64,000 bases of DNA from positions 744,001 through 808,000 of the forward strand of contig NZ_JAJQXW010000001.1 in NCBI RefSeq assembly GCF_021246445.1, written 5' to 3'. A program made the translations under genes and the position numbers. This stretch comes from Rhabdothermincola salaria (GTDB lineage: Bacteria; Actinomycetota; Acidimicrobiia; Acidimicrobiales; Acidimicrobilacustridaceae). The notes below the pieces were generated by a model. It had not been told where the DNA came from and did no database searches. It saw only the letters and a list, made by a program, of their open reading frames with translations. Below are positions 43,783 through 53,979 of this stretch, one piece after another. How positions within the stretch are numbered: the stretch's first letter is position 1; each line of letters begins with the position of its first letter.

Positions 43783-44802
43783 TCAGCCCCTCGGCGTGTG
43801 GTCGTCGGGCACCTCTTCGCCGGGCGCCACCGGGCCGGGTGGGGTGCCGTCGCCGAAGGGTCGACCGCCCAGGTCATCCCGTCCGTGGGGCTCGAGCCAG
43901 TTGGCCAGGTCCGGGCCCGCCGGCACCACCCCGGTCGGGTTGATGTCGCGATGGACCTCGTAGTAGTGGCGCTTGATGTGGTCGAAGTCGATGGTGTCGC
44001 CGAAGCCGGGGGTCTGGAACAGGTCGCGGGTGTAGGCCCACAGCACCGGCATCTCGCTCAGCTTGGAACGGTTGCACTTGAAGTGCCCGTGGTACACGGC
44101 GTCGAAGCGGGCGAGGGTGGTGAAGAGGCGGACGTCGGCCTCGGTGATGGTGTCGCCCATCAGGTAGCGCTGGACCTCGAGGCGTTCCGACAGCCAGTCG
44201 AGGCGGTCGAAGAGCTTCTCGTAGTTGCGCTCGTAGGCCCGCTGCGACCCGCTGAAGCCGCACTTGTAGACGCCGTTGTTGACGTCGTGGAACACCAGCT
44301 CCATGACCTCGTCCATCTCGTCGCGGAGGGCTTCGGGGTAGAGGTCCGGGGCTCCGTCGCGGTGGTGTTCGCTCCACTCGGTGGAGAGGTCGAGGGTGAG
44401 CTGGGGGTAGTCGTTGGTGACCACCTGCCCGGAGTCGACCTCGACGATCGCCGGCACCGTGATGCCACGCGGGTAGTCGGCGTAGCGGGCGAAGTAGGCG
44501 TCCTGGAGCCGAGGGATCCCGAGCACCGGGTCGACGCCGTCGGGGTCGAGGTCGAAGGTCCAGCTGCGGGCGTCGTGGGTGGGTCCGCAGATGCCCATGG
44601 AGAGCACCGGTTCGAGGCCGAGCAGGCGGCGCACGATGATCGCCCGGTTGGCCCAGGGGCAGGCCCGGGCGACGACCAGGCGGTAGCGATCGGGCTCCAC
44701 CGGGTAGCCGTCGCGTCCGTCGGCGGTGATGCGGGTCGGGATGTAGTGCATGTCCCGGTTGAACTCGTCCTCGACGTAGGCGCCCTGGTCGTTGCTGGTC
44801 AT
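43783..44802 (-). CDS. Glutathionyl-hydroquinone reductase-like GST (YqjG/ECM4 type)
   Basis: ACPWA, ITVP, VNNGVYKCGF, RFDAVYHGHFKCN, HIKRHYY. Confidence 0.9.
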   Translation of the reverse strand: MTSNDQGAYVEDEFNRDMHYIPTRITADGRDGYPVEPDRYRLVVARACPWANRAIIVRRLLGLEPVLSMGICGPTHDARSWTFDLDPDGVDPVLGIPRLQDAYFARYADYPRGITVPAIVEVDSGQVVTNDYPQLTLDLSTEWSEHHRDGAPDLYPEALRDEMDEVMELVFHDVNNGVYKCGFSGSQRAYERNYEKLFDRLDWLSERLEVQRYLMGDTITEADVRLFTTLARFDAVYHGHFKCNRSKLSEMPVLWAYTRDLFQTPGFGDTIDFDHIKRHYYEVHRDINPTGVVPAGPDLANWLEPHGRDDLGGRPFGDGTPPGPVAPGEEVPDDHTPRG

Positions 44803-44963
44803 GGAACGGAGTCTCGCCCCGTCGCGCCCGCGACGGGGGATCGGGCGGCGCGCCCGGAGACGAGGGCGGGCCGTCGTCGGGAGGTCGAGGGCGAGGGTGA
44901 TGGACACTCTGCGCGTTTGGGGGGAGACTGTGAGCAGAGATCGACGAGATGTCGGGGTGCGTG

Positions 44964-45350
44964 ATGACGGTTGCCTTCGAAGCGGATGTCGGGTCCTTCG
45001 AGCGACGGATCGGGCGGCGCATCGACGTCCGCCCCGAGATCCCGGTTGCCGTGGGCGGGCCTGATGGCGCGTCGCCACCGGAGCGGGCGACCATGGTCGA
45101 CGTCTCGGTCACCGGCGCCGGCCTCGAGGGCCCCGAGTCGTTGTCCATGAGCCCCGGCACCGCGGCTCGCCTCGACATCGAGGGCCGTGTGTCGGCCGTG
45201 CGGGTGGCGCGGGCCACCGCCACGGATCAGCCGGGCGTGATCCACTACGGGGTCGAGTTCACCACCCTCCATCCCGACGTGCGCGAGCTGGTCAACGACC
45301 TCGTGGGCGAGGGCCGACCCGGCGAGAACGCCTGGTACAACGCCATCTGA
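44964..45350 (+). CDS. Stand-alone PilZ domain protein
   Basis: ERRIGRR (RxxxR), DVSVTG (DxSxxG), YGVEF. Confidence 0.78.
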   Translation: MTVAFEADVGSFERRIGRRIDVRPEIPVAVGGPDGASPPERATMVDVSVTGAGLEGPESLSMSPGTAARLDIEGRVSAVRVARATATDQPGVIHYGVEFTTLHPDVRELVNDLVGEGRPGENAWYNAI

Positions 45351-45483
45351 GGGGGGCGGTCCCCGCCGACAGCGTCGGCCCTCCCTCGCGGTGCGCCACG
45401 CGATCGGCCACGAGCCAGGTGTCGAACCCGCGCCACCGGCCAGCTCGTGGGCGGGGGAGCGGAGCATCTGGGATGCTCGTCGG

Positions 45484-46440
45484 ATGTTCCGGAACCGCAT
45501 CACCGAGCTCACCGGGGCCGAGGTCCCGATCCTGCAGGCCCCCATGGGCTACATCTCGCGCGCCCAGCTCGCCTCGGCGGTGGCCAACGCCGGCGCCATC
45601 GGCATGATCGAGACCTCGTCGGGCGACCTCGATGCCGTTCGCGAGGAGATCCGCAAGATGCCAACCCTGGCGCCGGACCGGCCCTTCGCCGTGAACATCG
45701 CCCAGGCCTTCGTCCGGGACCCCTCCATCGTCGACTTCGTCGTCGAGCAGGGCGTCCGGTTCGTCACCACCTCCGCCGGCGACCCCAACCGCTACACCGC
45801 CCAGCTCAAGGCCGCCGGCCTCACCGTGTTCCACGTGGTGCCCACCCTGCGAGCGGCGCTGAAGGCCGTCGACGCAGGTGTCGACGGCCTCGTCGTCGAG
45901 GGTGCCGAAGGCGGCGGCTTCAAGAACCCGCGCGACGTCTCCACCATGGTCCTGCTGCCCCTGGTGGCCTCACGCGTGGAGGTGCCGATCATCGCCGCCG
46001 GGGGGATCATCGACGGGGCCACCATGGCGGCTGCGTTCGCGCTCGGGGCCGAGGGCGTGCAGATGGGCACCCGCATGGTGGCCTCGGCGGAGTCGCCCAT
46101 CCACGACAACTGGAAGCAGGCCATCGTCGGGGCCGCCGAGACCGACACGGTGCTGCTCAACCGCCACCAGGCGCCGGCCGTGCGGGTGCTGCGCACGGAG
46201 GTCTCCGAGCGCTACGAGTTCGACACCGACCGCAACGCCATGGAGGCCATGGCCCGCCACATGGACCTCTACTTCGGCGGCGACCTCGGTGCCGGTCTGG
46301 CCTTCAGCGGGCAGGTGGCGGGTCGCATCGACGCGGTGCGCCCCGTGGCCGACGTCATCGCCGAGTGCGCCCACGACTGCCTGGAGGTCATCCACGAGCT
46401 GGGCCACCGCTACCCCCTCGACGCCCACCCGGTGGGCTGA
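45484..46440 (+). CDS. Nitronate monooxygenase / FabK-like flavoprotein
   Basis: PILQAPMG, AVANAGAIG, EGAEGGG, IAAGGI.DG, GVQMGTR, GQVAG. Confidence 0.88.
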   Translation: MFRNRITELTGAEVPILQAPMGYISRAQLASAVANAGAIGMIETSSGDLDAVREEIRKMPTLAPDRPFAVNIAQAFVRDPSIVDFVVEQGVRFVTTSAGDPNRYTAQLKAAGLTVFHVVPTLRAALKAVDAGVDGLVVEGAEGGGFKNPRDVSTMVLLPLVASRVEVPIIAAGGIIDGATMAAAFALGAEGVQMGTRMVASAESPIHDNWKQAIVGAAETDTVLLNRHQAPAVRVLRTEVSERYEFDTDRNAMEAMARHMDLYFGGDLGAGLAFSGQVAGRIDAVRPVADVIAECAHDCLEVIHELGHRYPLDAHPVG

Positions 46441-46443
46441 GCG

Positions 46444-46833
46444 TCACGACGCGGTCGACGGGGAGGTCTCGCGGGACGGTCCGGCATCGTCGCTCCCGGC
46501 GCTCTGCCACGGCCAGCGGCCCGTGACCTCCATCTCGAGGGTGAACGACAAGAAGGTGCGGATGGCGACGATGATGGCCAGCACGCCCACCGACGTGAAG
46601 GTCGGATCGGTGGCCACCGTGCGGATGATGTCGCCGGCGACGAGGACCTCGAGTCCCAGAAGGATGGCCCGTCCGACCTGGCGTCGGACCTGCACGTAGA
46701 GGCCGCCGTGCGTCCCGGCCAGCACCCGCCGGCCGCCGACGAGGAGCGCGCCCACCACGCCGACGCAGATGATGGCGACGCCCACCGCCTCGATGGCCAG
46801 GCCGATCCACTCGATGACCTCCTTGAACTCCAT
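46444..46833 (-). CDS. DUF1622 membrane protein
   Basis: GRAILLGLEVLVAGDIIRTV, IRTFLSFTLE.E..GRWPW. Confidence 0.85.
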   Translation of the reverse strand: MEFKEVIEWIGLAIEAVGVAIICVGVVGALLVGGRRVLAGTHGGLYVQVRRQVGRAILLGLEVLVAGDIIRTVATDPTFTSVGVLAIIVAIRTFLSFTLEMEVTGRWPWQSAGSDDAGPSRETSPSTAS

Positions 46834-46933
46834 GGGTGCGGTCCTCCTGGGCTCGGTCGCCGGGGTGGCGCCGCGGTGGCGCCCACCACCACCCGGATAG
46901 CATCGTCGCGACGGCAACCATCCAGGGGGGACC

Positions 46934-47410
46934 ATGCCGACCATCGACATTCCTGAAGGCGTCGACCCGATGGCCTACGTCTTCGGACAGGCCTCACCGG
47001 AGATCGGTGCCGCAGCCGGCGGGTTCTCCGGCGCGACCTACGCCGCCAGCCGCCTGCCGCTGCGCGAGTTCGAGGCCGCCCGGTACCGCATCGCCCAGAT
47101 CAACGACTGCCAGATCTGCCTCAGCTGGCGCAGCCAGCGCGACGACCAGGGCCCGGTCGGCGAGGACCTCTACGCCTCGGTCGAGCAGTGGCGCTCGGCG
47201 CCGGACCTCTCCGACCGCGAGCGCCTGGCCGCCGAGTACGCCGAGCGCTACGCCCTCGACCACCGCAACCTCGACGCCGAGTTCTGGACCCGCATGCGGT
47301 CGGCCTACTCCGACGACGAGATCGTCGAGCTGAGCCTCTGCATGGCCCAGTGGCTCGGCCTGGGTCGCCTCAACCAGGTCCTCGGCATCGACGTGGCCTG
47401 CACCATCTGA
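46934..47410 (+). CDS. Carboxymuconolactone decarboxylase / AhpD-like protein
   Basis: RIAQINDCQIC (CxxC), LSDRERLA..YAE, YSDDEIVEL. Confidence 0.85.
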   Translation: MPTIDIPEGVDPMAYVFGQASPEIGAAAGGFSGATYAASRLPLREFEAARYRIAQINDCQICLSWRSQRDDQGPVGEDLYASVEQWRSAPDLSDRERLAAEYAERYALDHRNLDAEFWTRMRSAYSDDEIVELSLCMAQWLGLGRLNQVLGIDVACTI

Positions 47411-47495
47411 GCCCCGCCGAGCCGCGCCGGCCGCCGCCCGGGCCCGAGCCGTCCCGCTCGGCACACCCGACGGGCTCCGTATCCTGGGCGACGCC

Positions 47496-50400
47496 ATGCC
47501 CGACCCTGCCCCCCGTCCCCGCCGACGTCGCCCGGCCCGGCGGGGACGTGGTTCCGGCGCCCCCCTTACCCCGGCCGCGATCGAGCGGCGTCGGGCGGCG
47601 GTGCCCGAGGTCCGCTACCCCGAGGACCTGCCGGTCTCGCAACGGCGCCAGGACCTCGCCGATGCCATCCGCGACCACCAGGTGGTGATCGTGGCCGGGG
47701 AGACCGGCTCCGGCAAGACCACCCAGCTACCCAAGATCTGCCTCGAGCTCGGGCGGGGAGTGACGGGCATGATCGGGCACACCCAGCCCCGCCGCCTGGC
47801 GGCGCGCAGCGTGGCCGCCCGCATCGCCGAGGAGCTCGGCGTCGAGCTCGGCGGCGCCGTCGGCTACGCCGTGCGCTTCACCGACCAGGTGTCGGACTCG
47901 ACGCTGGTGAAGCTGATGACCGACGGCATCCTGCTCAACGAGCTCCAGCGCGACCGCGAGCTGCTGGCCTACGACACGATCATCGTCGACGAGGCCCACG
48001 AGCGCAGCCTGAACATCGACTTCATCCTCGGCTACCTGGCCCAGCTGCTGCCCCGCCGCCCGGATCTCAAGGTCATCATCACCTCGGCCACCATCGATCC
48101 GGAGCGCTTCTCGGAGCACTTCGGCGGCGCCCCCATCATCGAGGTCTCCGGCCGCACCTATCCCGTCGAGGTCCGCTACCGGCCCTACCAGGTCCCACCC
48201 CCGAAGGAGGCGCCGGCGCCTCCTTCGTCTCGGCCGGCGGGGCGCCGCAGCCGGGGGCCCGGCGGTGGGGGCCAGGGCCGTCGAGCTCCCCGACGGGGCG
48301 GTGCCGACGTCGACCAGATCGACGCCATCATCGACGCCGTCCATGAACTGCGACGCGAACCCGAAGGCGACATCTTGGTCTTCCTCTCGGGCGAGCGCGA
48401 GATCCGCGACGCGGCCGAGGCCCTACGGGCGTTGGACCTGCCCGGCACTGACGTCCTCGCCCTCTACGGCCGCTTGTCCAGCGCCGAGCAGCACCGGGTG
48501 TTCGAGGCGCATCGCGGACGCCGCATCGTGCTGGCCACCAACGTGGCCGAGACCTCGATCACCGTGCCCGGCATCCGTTACGTCATCGACACCGGCCTGG
48601 CCCGCATCTCCCGGTTCAGCACGCGCCAGAAGGTGCAGCGCCTGCCCATCGAGCCCGTCTCGCAGGCCTCGGCCGCCCAGCGCGCCGGCCGGTGCGGGCG
48701 AGTGGCCGACGGCATCTGCATCCGCCTCTACGCCGAGGAGGACTTCGAGGACCGTCCGGCGTTCACCGAGCCGGAGATGCTGCGCACGAACCTGGCGTCG
48801 GTCATCTTGCAGATGACCGCGATCGGACTGGGCGACATCGAGGCCTTCCCGTTCGTCGATCCCCCGGACCGGCGAGCGGTCGCCGACGGCGTGCGCCTCC
48901 TGGAGGAGCTGGGCGCCCTGGCCCCCGACACCGACGGGCCGAACCGGCGCCTGACCGACGTGGGCCGGGCGATGGCCCGACTCCCGGTCGACCCCCGTTT
49001 CGCCCGCATGATCGTGGAAGCCGACCGCCGGGGCTGCCTCCGCGAGCTGCTGGTCATCACCGCCGGGCTGTCCATCCCCGACGTGCGCGAGCGGCCCAGC
49101 GACGACGCCGCCGAGGCCGATGCGCTCCACGCCCGCTTCGCCGATCCCACGTCGGACTTCCTCGCCCTGGTCGACCTGTGGCGCTACCTGCGTGACCAGC
49201 AGCGCTCGCTCTCTTCCAGCGCCTTTCGCCGCCGGTGCCGTCAGGAGCACCTCAACTTCCTGCGGGTGCGCGAGTGGGAGGACGTGCACAGCCAGCTCCG
49301 TCAGGTGGTGGCCTCGCTCGACATGGCCCAGAACGCCTCACCCGCCGACACCGAGCAGGTCCACCGGTCCATCCTCTCGGGGCTGTTGAGCCACGTCGGC
49401 CAGCGCGACGGCGAGTCCCGCGAGTACGTGGGGGCCCGCCACACCCGCTTCGCCGTGTTCCCCGGCTCGGCCCTGGCCCGCAAGCCACCGGCGTGGGTGA
49501 TGGCGGCCGAGCTCGTCGAGACGTCGCGGCTGTTCGCTCGCACCGTGGCCCGCATCGACCCGGACTGGATCGAGGAGCTCGCCGGGGACCTGGTCAAGCG
49601 GCACCACCACGAGCCGCACTGGTCGCGAAAGCGAGCGGCCGCCATGGTCCACGAGCGGGTCACCCTCTACGGTCTCCCGATCGTCGAGGACCGGGTCGTG
49701 CCCCTCGCTCGCATCGATGCCGAGCAGGCCCACGAGCTGTTCGTCCGCCACGCCCTCGTCGGAGGCGACTGGCCCGGCCGACCGGGGTTCGTCGACGAGA
49801 ACCGGGCTCTCCTCGCCGAGGTGGAGGAGCTCGAGCACCGCTTCCGCCGCACCGACCTGGTCGCCGACGAGGACGACCTCGACGACGCCTACCGGGCTCG
49901 GGTCCCGCCGTCGGTCGTGTCGGCCCGTCACTTCGACAAGTGGTGGAAGACCACCCGTCGCACCGACCCCGACCTCTTCGCCTTCACGCTCGAGGACCTC
50001 GTCGGCGACGCCACCGACACGCTCGACGAGGAGGCCTTCCCGGCCCGGTGGCGCCAGCGCGACCTCGAGCTGGCCATGTCCTACCGGTTCGAACCGGGCA
50101 CCGCCGACGACGGTGCCGCCGTGCACATCCCGCTGGTGGTGCTCAACCAGGTGCGCGCCGAGGGGTTCGATCGCCTGGTGCCGGGCCTGCGCGAGGAGCT
50201 GGTGACGTCGCTGCTGCGCACGCTGCCCAAGCACCTGCGCAAGGAGGTGGCGCCGCTCCCGGAGCGGGCCCGGGCCGTCGTCGCCACGCTGGCCGCCGCC
50301 GAGCCGGACGGACCCTTGTCGGGGTGTGCGCCGCTGACCACGGTGATCGCCGAGCACCTGCGCCACGAGGTGGGGGCGGCGGTGCGTCCGGCGGACCTCG

Positions 50401-51446
50401 ATCCCGGGGCGCTGCCCCCGCACCTGCGCATGATCTTCCTGGTCGAGGACGACGACGGCACGGTCCTCGGGCAGGGCCGTGACCTGGCCGCGCTGCAGGC
50501 CGCGCTGGCCGAGCCCGTGCGCCGCGCGCTCGGGGACGCGGCGGGTGACCTGGAACGCCACGGGCTCACCACCTGGGAGGTGGGGGACCTCCCCCGACGG
50601 ATCGACAGGGAGGTGGGTGCCCACCGAGTACAGGCCTTCCCGGCGCTGGTGGACGAGGGCGACACCGTCGGGGTGGCGTTGTTCGACGACCCGGTGGCCC
50701 AGGGTCGGGCCATGTGGGCCGGTACCCGCCGCCTGCTCGCCCTGGCCACCGTCGTCGCCCGTCGGCGGGTGGAGTCCGGGCTCGGCAACCAGCAGCGTCT
50801 CGCGCTGGCGAGCAACCCCTACCCCCGTGGGTTCGATGCGCTCGTCGCCGATGCCCACACCACCGTCCTCGATGCCCTGCTCCGAGAGCGGGGTGGGCCG
50901 GGGTGGACGGCGCACGAGTACGAGTCCCTCCGGCTCCGAGCCGTCGACGAGGTCCCCGGCCGACTGCGGCAGCTGCTGGCCACCACCGCCCGGGTCCTGG
51001 CCCTCGGCCGGGTGGTCGGCCGTCGTCTGGAGGCCCTGGCCGGGGTGCCCGGCGTGGCCGCGGCCGTGGGCGACATGGAAGGCCAGCTCGAGGGGCTCGT
51101 GTACGAGGGCTTCATGGCCGCCACCGGGCCCGATCGCATGGCGGACGTCGAGCGCTACCTGCGGGCCATGGTGGTCCGTCTCGACAAGCTGGCCGATGGC
51201 GTGACCAGGGACGGGACCCACATGGCGTCGGTGCACCGGGTGGTGCAGCGCTACGCGGCCGTGCTCGATCGGGTGCCCCCCGGTGGACCCCTCGATGCGG
51301 AGCTCGAGGAGCTCGGCTGGGCGATCGAGGAGCTGCGCGTGAGTCTCTTCGCCCAGTCCCTCGGCACGGCCGGGCCGATATCGGAGAAGCGGGTGCTGCG
51401 GGCCCTCGCCGACGTGGAGCGCCGCGACGAGGGTGGACAGGGATAG
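47496..51446 (+). CDS. hrpA: ATP-dependent RNA helicase HrpA
   Basis: GETGSGKTTQ, TQPRR, DEAH, SAT, QRAGRCGR, C-terminal EELRVSLFAQ.LGT. Confidence 0.96.
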   Translation: MPDPAPRPRRRRPARRGRGSGAPLTPAAIERRRAAVPEVRYPEDLPVSQRRQDLADAIRDHQVVIVAGETGSGKTTQLPKICLELGRGVTGMIGHTQPRRLAARSVAARIAEELGVELGGAVGYAVRFTDQVSDSTLVKLMTDGILLNELQRDRELLAYDTIIVDEAHERSLNIDFILGYLAQLLPRRPDLKVIITSATIDPERFSEHFGGAPIIEVSGRTYPVEVRYRPYQVPPPKEAPAPPSSRPAGRRSRGPGGGGQGRRAPRRGGADVDQIDAIIDAVHELRREPEGDILVFLSGEREIRDAAEALRALDLPGTDVLALYGRLSSAEQHRVFEAHRGRRIVLATNVAETSITVPGIRYVIDTGLARISRFSTRQKVQRLPIEPVSQASAAQRAGRCGRVADGICIRLYAEEDFEDRPAFTEPEMLRTNLASVILQMTAIGLGDIEAFPFVDPPDRRAVADGVRLLEELGALAPDTDGPNRRLTDVGRAMARLPVDPRFARMIVEADRRGCLRELLVITAGLSIPDVRERPSDDAAEADALHARFADPTSDFLALVDLWRYLRDQQRSLSSSAFRRRCRQEHLNFLRVREWEDVHSQLRQVVASLDMAQNASPADTEQVHRSILSGLLSHVGQRDGESREYVGARHTRFAVFPGSALARKPPAWVMAAELVETSRLFARTVARIDPDWIEELAGDLVKRHHHEPHWSRKRAAAMVHERVTLYGLPIVEDRVVPLARIDAEQAHELFVRHALVGGDWPGRPGFVDENRALLAEVEELEHRFRRTDLVADEDDLDDAYRARVPPSVVSARHFDKWWKTTRRTDPDLFAFTLEDLVGDATDTLDEEAFPARWRQRDLELAMSYRFEPGTADDGAAVHIPLVVLNQVRAEGFDRLVPGLREELVTSLLRTLPKHLRKEVAPLPERARAVVATLAAAEPDGPLSGCAPLTTVIAEHLRHEVGAAVRPADLDPGALPPHLRMIFLVEDDDGTVLGQGRDLAALQAALAEPVRRALGDAAGDLERHGLTTWEVGDLPRRIDREVGAHRVQAFPALVDEGDTVGVALFDDPVAQGRAMWAGTRRLLALATVVARRRVESGLGNQQRLALASNPYPRGFDALVADAHTTVLDALLRERGGPGWTAHEYESLRLRAVDEVPGRLRQLLATTARVLALGRVVGRRLEALAGVPGVAAAVGDMEGQLEGLVYEGFMAATGPDRMADVERYLRAMVVRLDKLADGVTRDGTHMASVHRVVQRYAAVLDRVPPGGPLDAELEELGWAIEELRVSLFAQSLGTAGPISEKRVLRALADVERRDEGGQG

Positions 51447-51469
51447 GGAGGGGGGGTATGGTAAACGCA
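51434..51469 (+). promoter_or_regulatory. Sigma70-type promoter, probably leaderless, with CsoR-like G-tract operator
   Basis: TGGACA (51434)-N17-TATGGT (51457)-N6-ATG (51469); spacer holds ATAGGGAGGGGGGGTAT. Confidence 0.65.
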
Positions 51470-51633
51470 TGAGCACACGACGACGGCTGACCGGGTTCGC
51501 AGCAGTCCTCGCCCTGGCCTTCGGGATCGGCTGGGGCGTCGGTCAGGCCGTGGGCCCGTTCGGCGACGAGCCGACGGGACCCGCGCCCGCGTCGACCCCG
51601 GCCGATCCCGACCACGCGGGAGGCCACCGGTGA
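51469..51633 (+). CDS. 54-aa single-TM protein preceding the copper ATPase
   Basis: [30 protein letters not shown]...DHAGGHR; GTGA overlap with the ATPase gene. Confidence 0.7.
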   Translation: MSTRRRLTGFAAVLALAFGIGWGVGQAVGPFGDEPTGPAPASTPADPDHAGGHR

Positions 51634-53900
51634 GCATCGACGCCGACAGCCGATCCGATGCCGGCGACGCCGCGCCCGTCACCGTCGACCTGGCCGTCAC
51701 GGGCATGACCTGCGCCTCGTGCGCCAACCGCATCGAACGCCGGCTCAACAAGCTCGACGGGGTGTCCGCGTCGGTGAACTACGCGACCGAGAACGCCCAC
51801 GTGGTCGCCCCCGCCGGCACCGACCTCGATCGCCTGGTCGCCGAGGTCGAGGCTGCCGGCTACGGGGTGCGTGAACCGGCGCCGCCCTCCAACGCGCCGG
51901 GGGAGGGGCCGGGCCCGGAGCCGGAGGGACCGGATCCCACCCGGGCCCTGCGCGACCGCCTGGCGATCTCCGCCGCCCTCACGCTCCCCGTGCTGTTGAT
52001 GTCAATGGTCCCGGCTCTGCAGTTCGACAACTGGCAGTGGCTCTCGCTCACCCTGGCCGCCCCGGTCGTGGTCTGGGGGGCCTGGCCCTTCCACCGGGCC
52101 GCATGGGTCAACCTGCGCCACGGCGCCGCCACCATGGACACGCTGATCTCGGTCGGGACCCTGGCGGCGCTGGGGTGGTCGCTCTACGCCCTCTTCTTCG
52201 GAGGCGCCGGCGAGCCATCCATGCGCATGCCTTTCGAGCTCACCGTCCAGCGCGGCGAGGGCGACCACCACATCTACCTCGAGGTCGCGGCGGGCGTCAC
52301 CGTGTTCATCCTCGCCGGTCGCTACTTCGAGGCCCGGGCCAAGCGTCGCTCCGGGGCCGCCCTGCGAGCCCTGCTGGAGCTCGGCGCCAAGGACGTGGCC
52401 GTGCTCCGCGACGGCGTCGAGGTCCGCATCCCCACCGACGATCTGCGTGTCGGCGACCACTTCGTGGTCCGGCCCGGCGAGAAGATCGCCACCGACGGCG
52501 TGGTCACCGAGGGCACGTCGGCCGTCGACGCCTCCCTGCTCACCGGCGAGAGCGTGCCCGTCGAGGTGGCCCCCGGCGACGCCGTGATGGGTGCCACCGT
52601 CAACGCCGGAGGCCGACTCGTCGTGCGGGCCACCCGGGTGGGCGCCGACACCGCCCTGGCCCAGATCGGCCGGCTGGTCACCGAGGCCCAGAGCGGCAAG
52701 GCGCCGGTGCAGCGCCTGGCCGACCGGGTGTCGGGGGTGTTCGTGCCGGTCGTCATCACCCTCGCGGCGGCCACGCTCGGCTTCTGGCTGGGGACCGGCG
52801 AAGGGGCCACGGCCGCCTTCACCGCCGCAGTGGCGGTGCTCATCATCGCCTGCCCCTGCGCCCTCGGTCTGGCCACCCCCACCGCGCTGCTGGTGGGCAC
52901 CGGGCGGGGCGCCCAGATGGGCATCGTCATCAAGGGCCCGGAGATCCTCGAATCGACCCGCCGGGTCGACACCATCGTGCTCGACAAGACCGGCACCGTC
53001 ACCACCGGCCACATGGCCCTGGTCGAGGTCGTGGTCGCCGACGGCGAGGACCGCGGCGAGGTGCTGCGCCTGGTGGCCAGCGTCGAGGACGCCAGCGAGC
53101 ACCCCATCGCCCGAGCGATCGCCGACGGGGCGCGCCGGGAGCAGATGGCGTTGACCGCGCCGAGCGACTTCGCCAACACCCAGGGCCTGGGCGTGCAGGG
53201 CGTGGTCGACGGCCACGCCGTCGTCGCCGGGCGCGAGCGCTTCATGGCCGACTGGGGACTGCACCTCCCCGCGGAGCTCACGGCCGCCAAGGAGGCCGCC
53301 GAAGCGGCCGGGCGCACCCCGGTGCTGGCCGGGTGGGACGGACGGGCGCGTGCCGTGCTGGTGGTGGCCGACACCATCAAGCCCACCTCCGCCGAGGCGA
53401 TCCGCCAGCTGCGGAGCCTGGGTCTCGCCCCGGTGCTGCTCACCGGCGACAACCAGCGAGCCGCCGGCGCCGTGGCCGCCCAGCTCGGCATCGACGAGGT
53501 GGTCGCCGAAGTCCTGCCCGAGGACAAGGTGATGGTCGTGCGACGCCTGCAGGACGAGGGGCGGGTGGTGGCCATGGCCGGCGACGGCGTCAACGACGCC
53601 GCCGCTCTGGCCCAGTCCGATCTCGGCCTGGCCATGGGCACCGGGACCGACGTGGCCATCGAGGCCTCCGACCTCACGCTCGTGCGCGGGGACCTCACGG
53701 CCGCAGCCGACGCCATCCGCCTCTCGCGTCGCACGCTCGGCACCATCAAGGCCAACCTCTTCTGGGCGTTCGCCTACAACGTGGCGGCCATCCCGCTCGC
53801 CGCCGCCGGCCTGCTCAACCCCCTCATCGCCGGCGCCGCCATGGCCTTCTCGAGCGTGTTCGTCGTCTCCAACAGCCTGCGCCTCCGGCGCTTCCGCTGA
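51630..53900 (+). CDS. copA: Cu(I)-type heavy-metal P1B ATPase
   Basis: GMTCASC HMA domain, TGES, CPC, DKTGT, SEHP, GDGVND, YN and MAFSS. Confidence 0.92.
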   Translation: MSIDADSRSDAGDAAPVTVDLAVTGMTCASCANRIERRLNKLDGVSASVNYATENAHVVAPAGTDLDRLVAEVEAAGYGVREPAPPSNAPGEGPGPEPEGPDPTRALRDRLAISAALTLPVLLMSMVPALQFDNWQWLSLTLAAPVVVWGAWPFHRAAWVNLRHGAATMDTLISVGTLAALGWSLYALFFGGAGEPSMRMPFELTVQRGEGDHHIYLEVAAGVTVFILAGRYFEARAKRRSGAALRALLELGAKDVAVLRDGVEVRIPTDDLRVGDHFVVRPGEKIATDGVVTEGTSAVDASLLTGESVPVEVAPGDAVMGATVNAGGRLVVRATRVGADTALAQIGRLVTEAQSGKAPVQRLADRVSGVFVPVVITLAAATLGFWLGTGEGATAAFTAAVAVLIIACPCALGLATPTALLVGTGRGAQMGIVIKGPEILESTRRVDTIVLDKTGTVTTGHMALVEVVVADGEDRGEVLRLVASVEDASEHPIARAIADGARREQMALTAPSDFANTQGLGVQGVVDGHAVVAGRERFMADWGLHLPAELTAAKEAAEAAGRTPVLAGWDGRARAVLVVADTIKPTSAEAIRQLRSLGLAPVLLTGDNQRAAGAVAAQLGIDEVVAEVLPEDKVMVVRRLQDEGRVVAMAGDGVNDAAALAQSDLGLAMGTGTDVAIEASDLTLVRGDLTAAADAIRLSRRTLGTIKANLFWAFAYNVAAIPLAAAGLLNPLIAGAAMAFSSVFVVSNSLRLRRFR

Positions 53901-53979
53901 GGTACCCTCCCGGGTGCCCTCGGTGGCCTAACCTGCGACATCAGGCGGGCGTCGTGGCGGGGGGAGCCGGGGGGCACGC

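Noticed and set aside
47408..47410. TGA after VACTI in the AhpD-like gene as a third Sec codon
   Set aside because: The CxxC is intact upstream, the domain is complete, and downstream sequence is GC-rich intergenic
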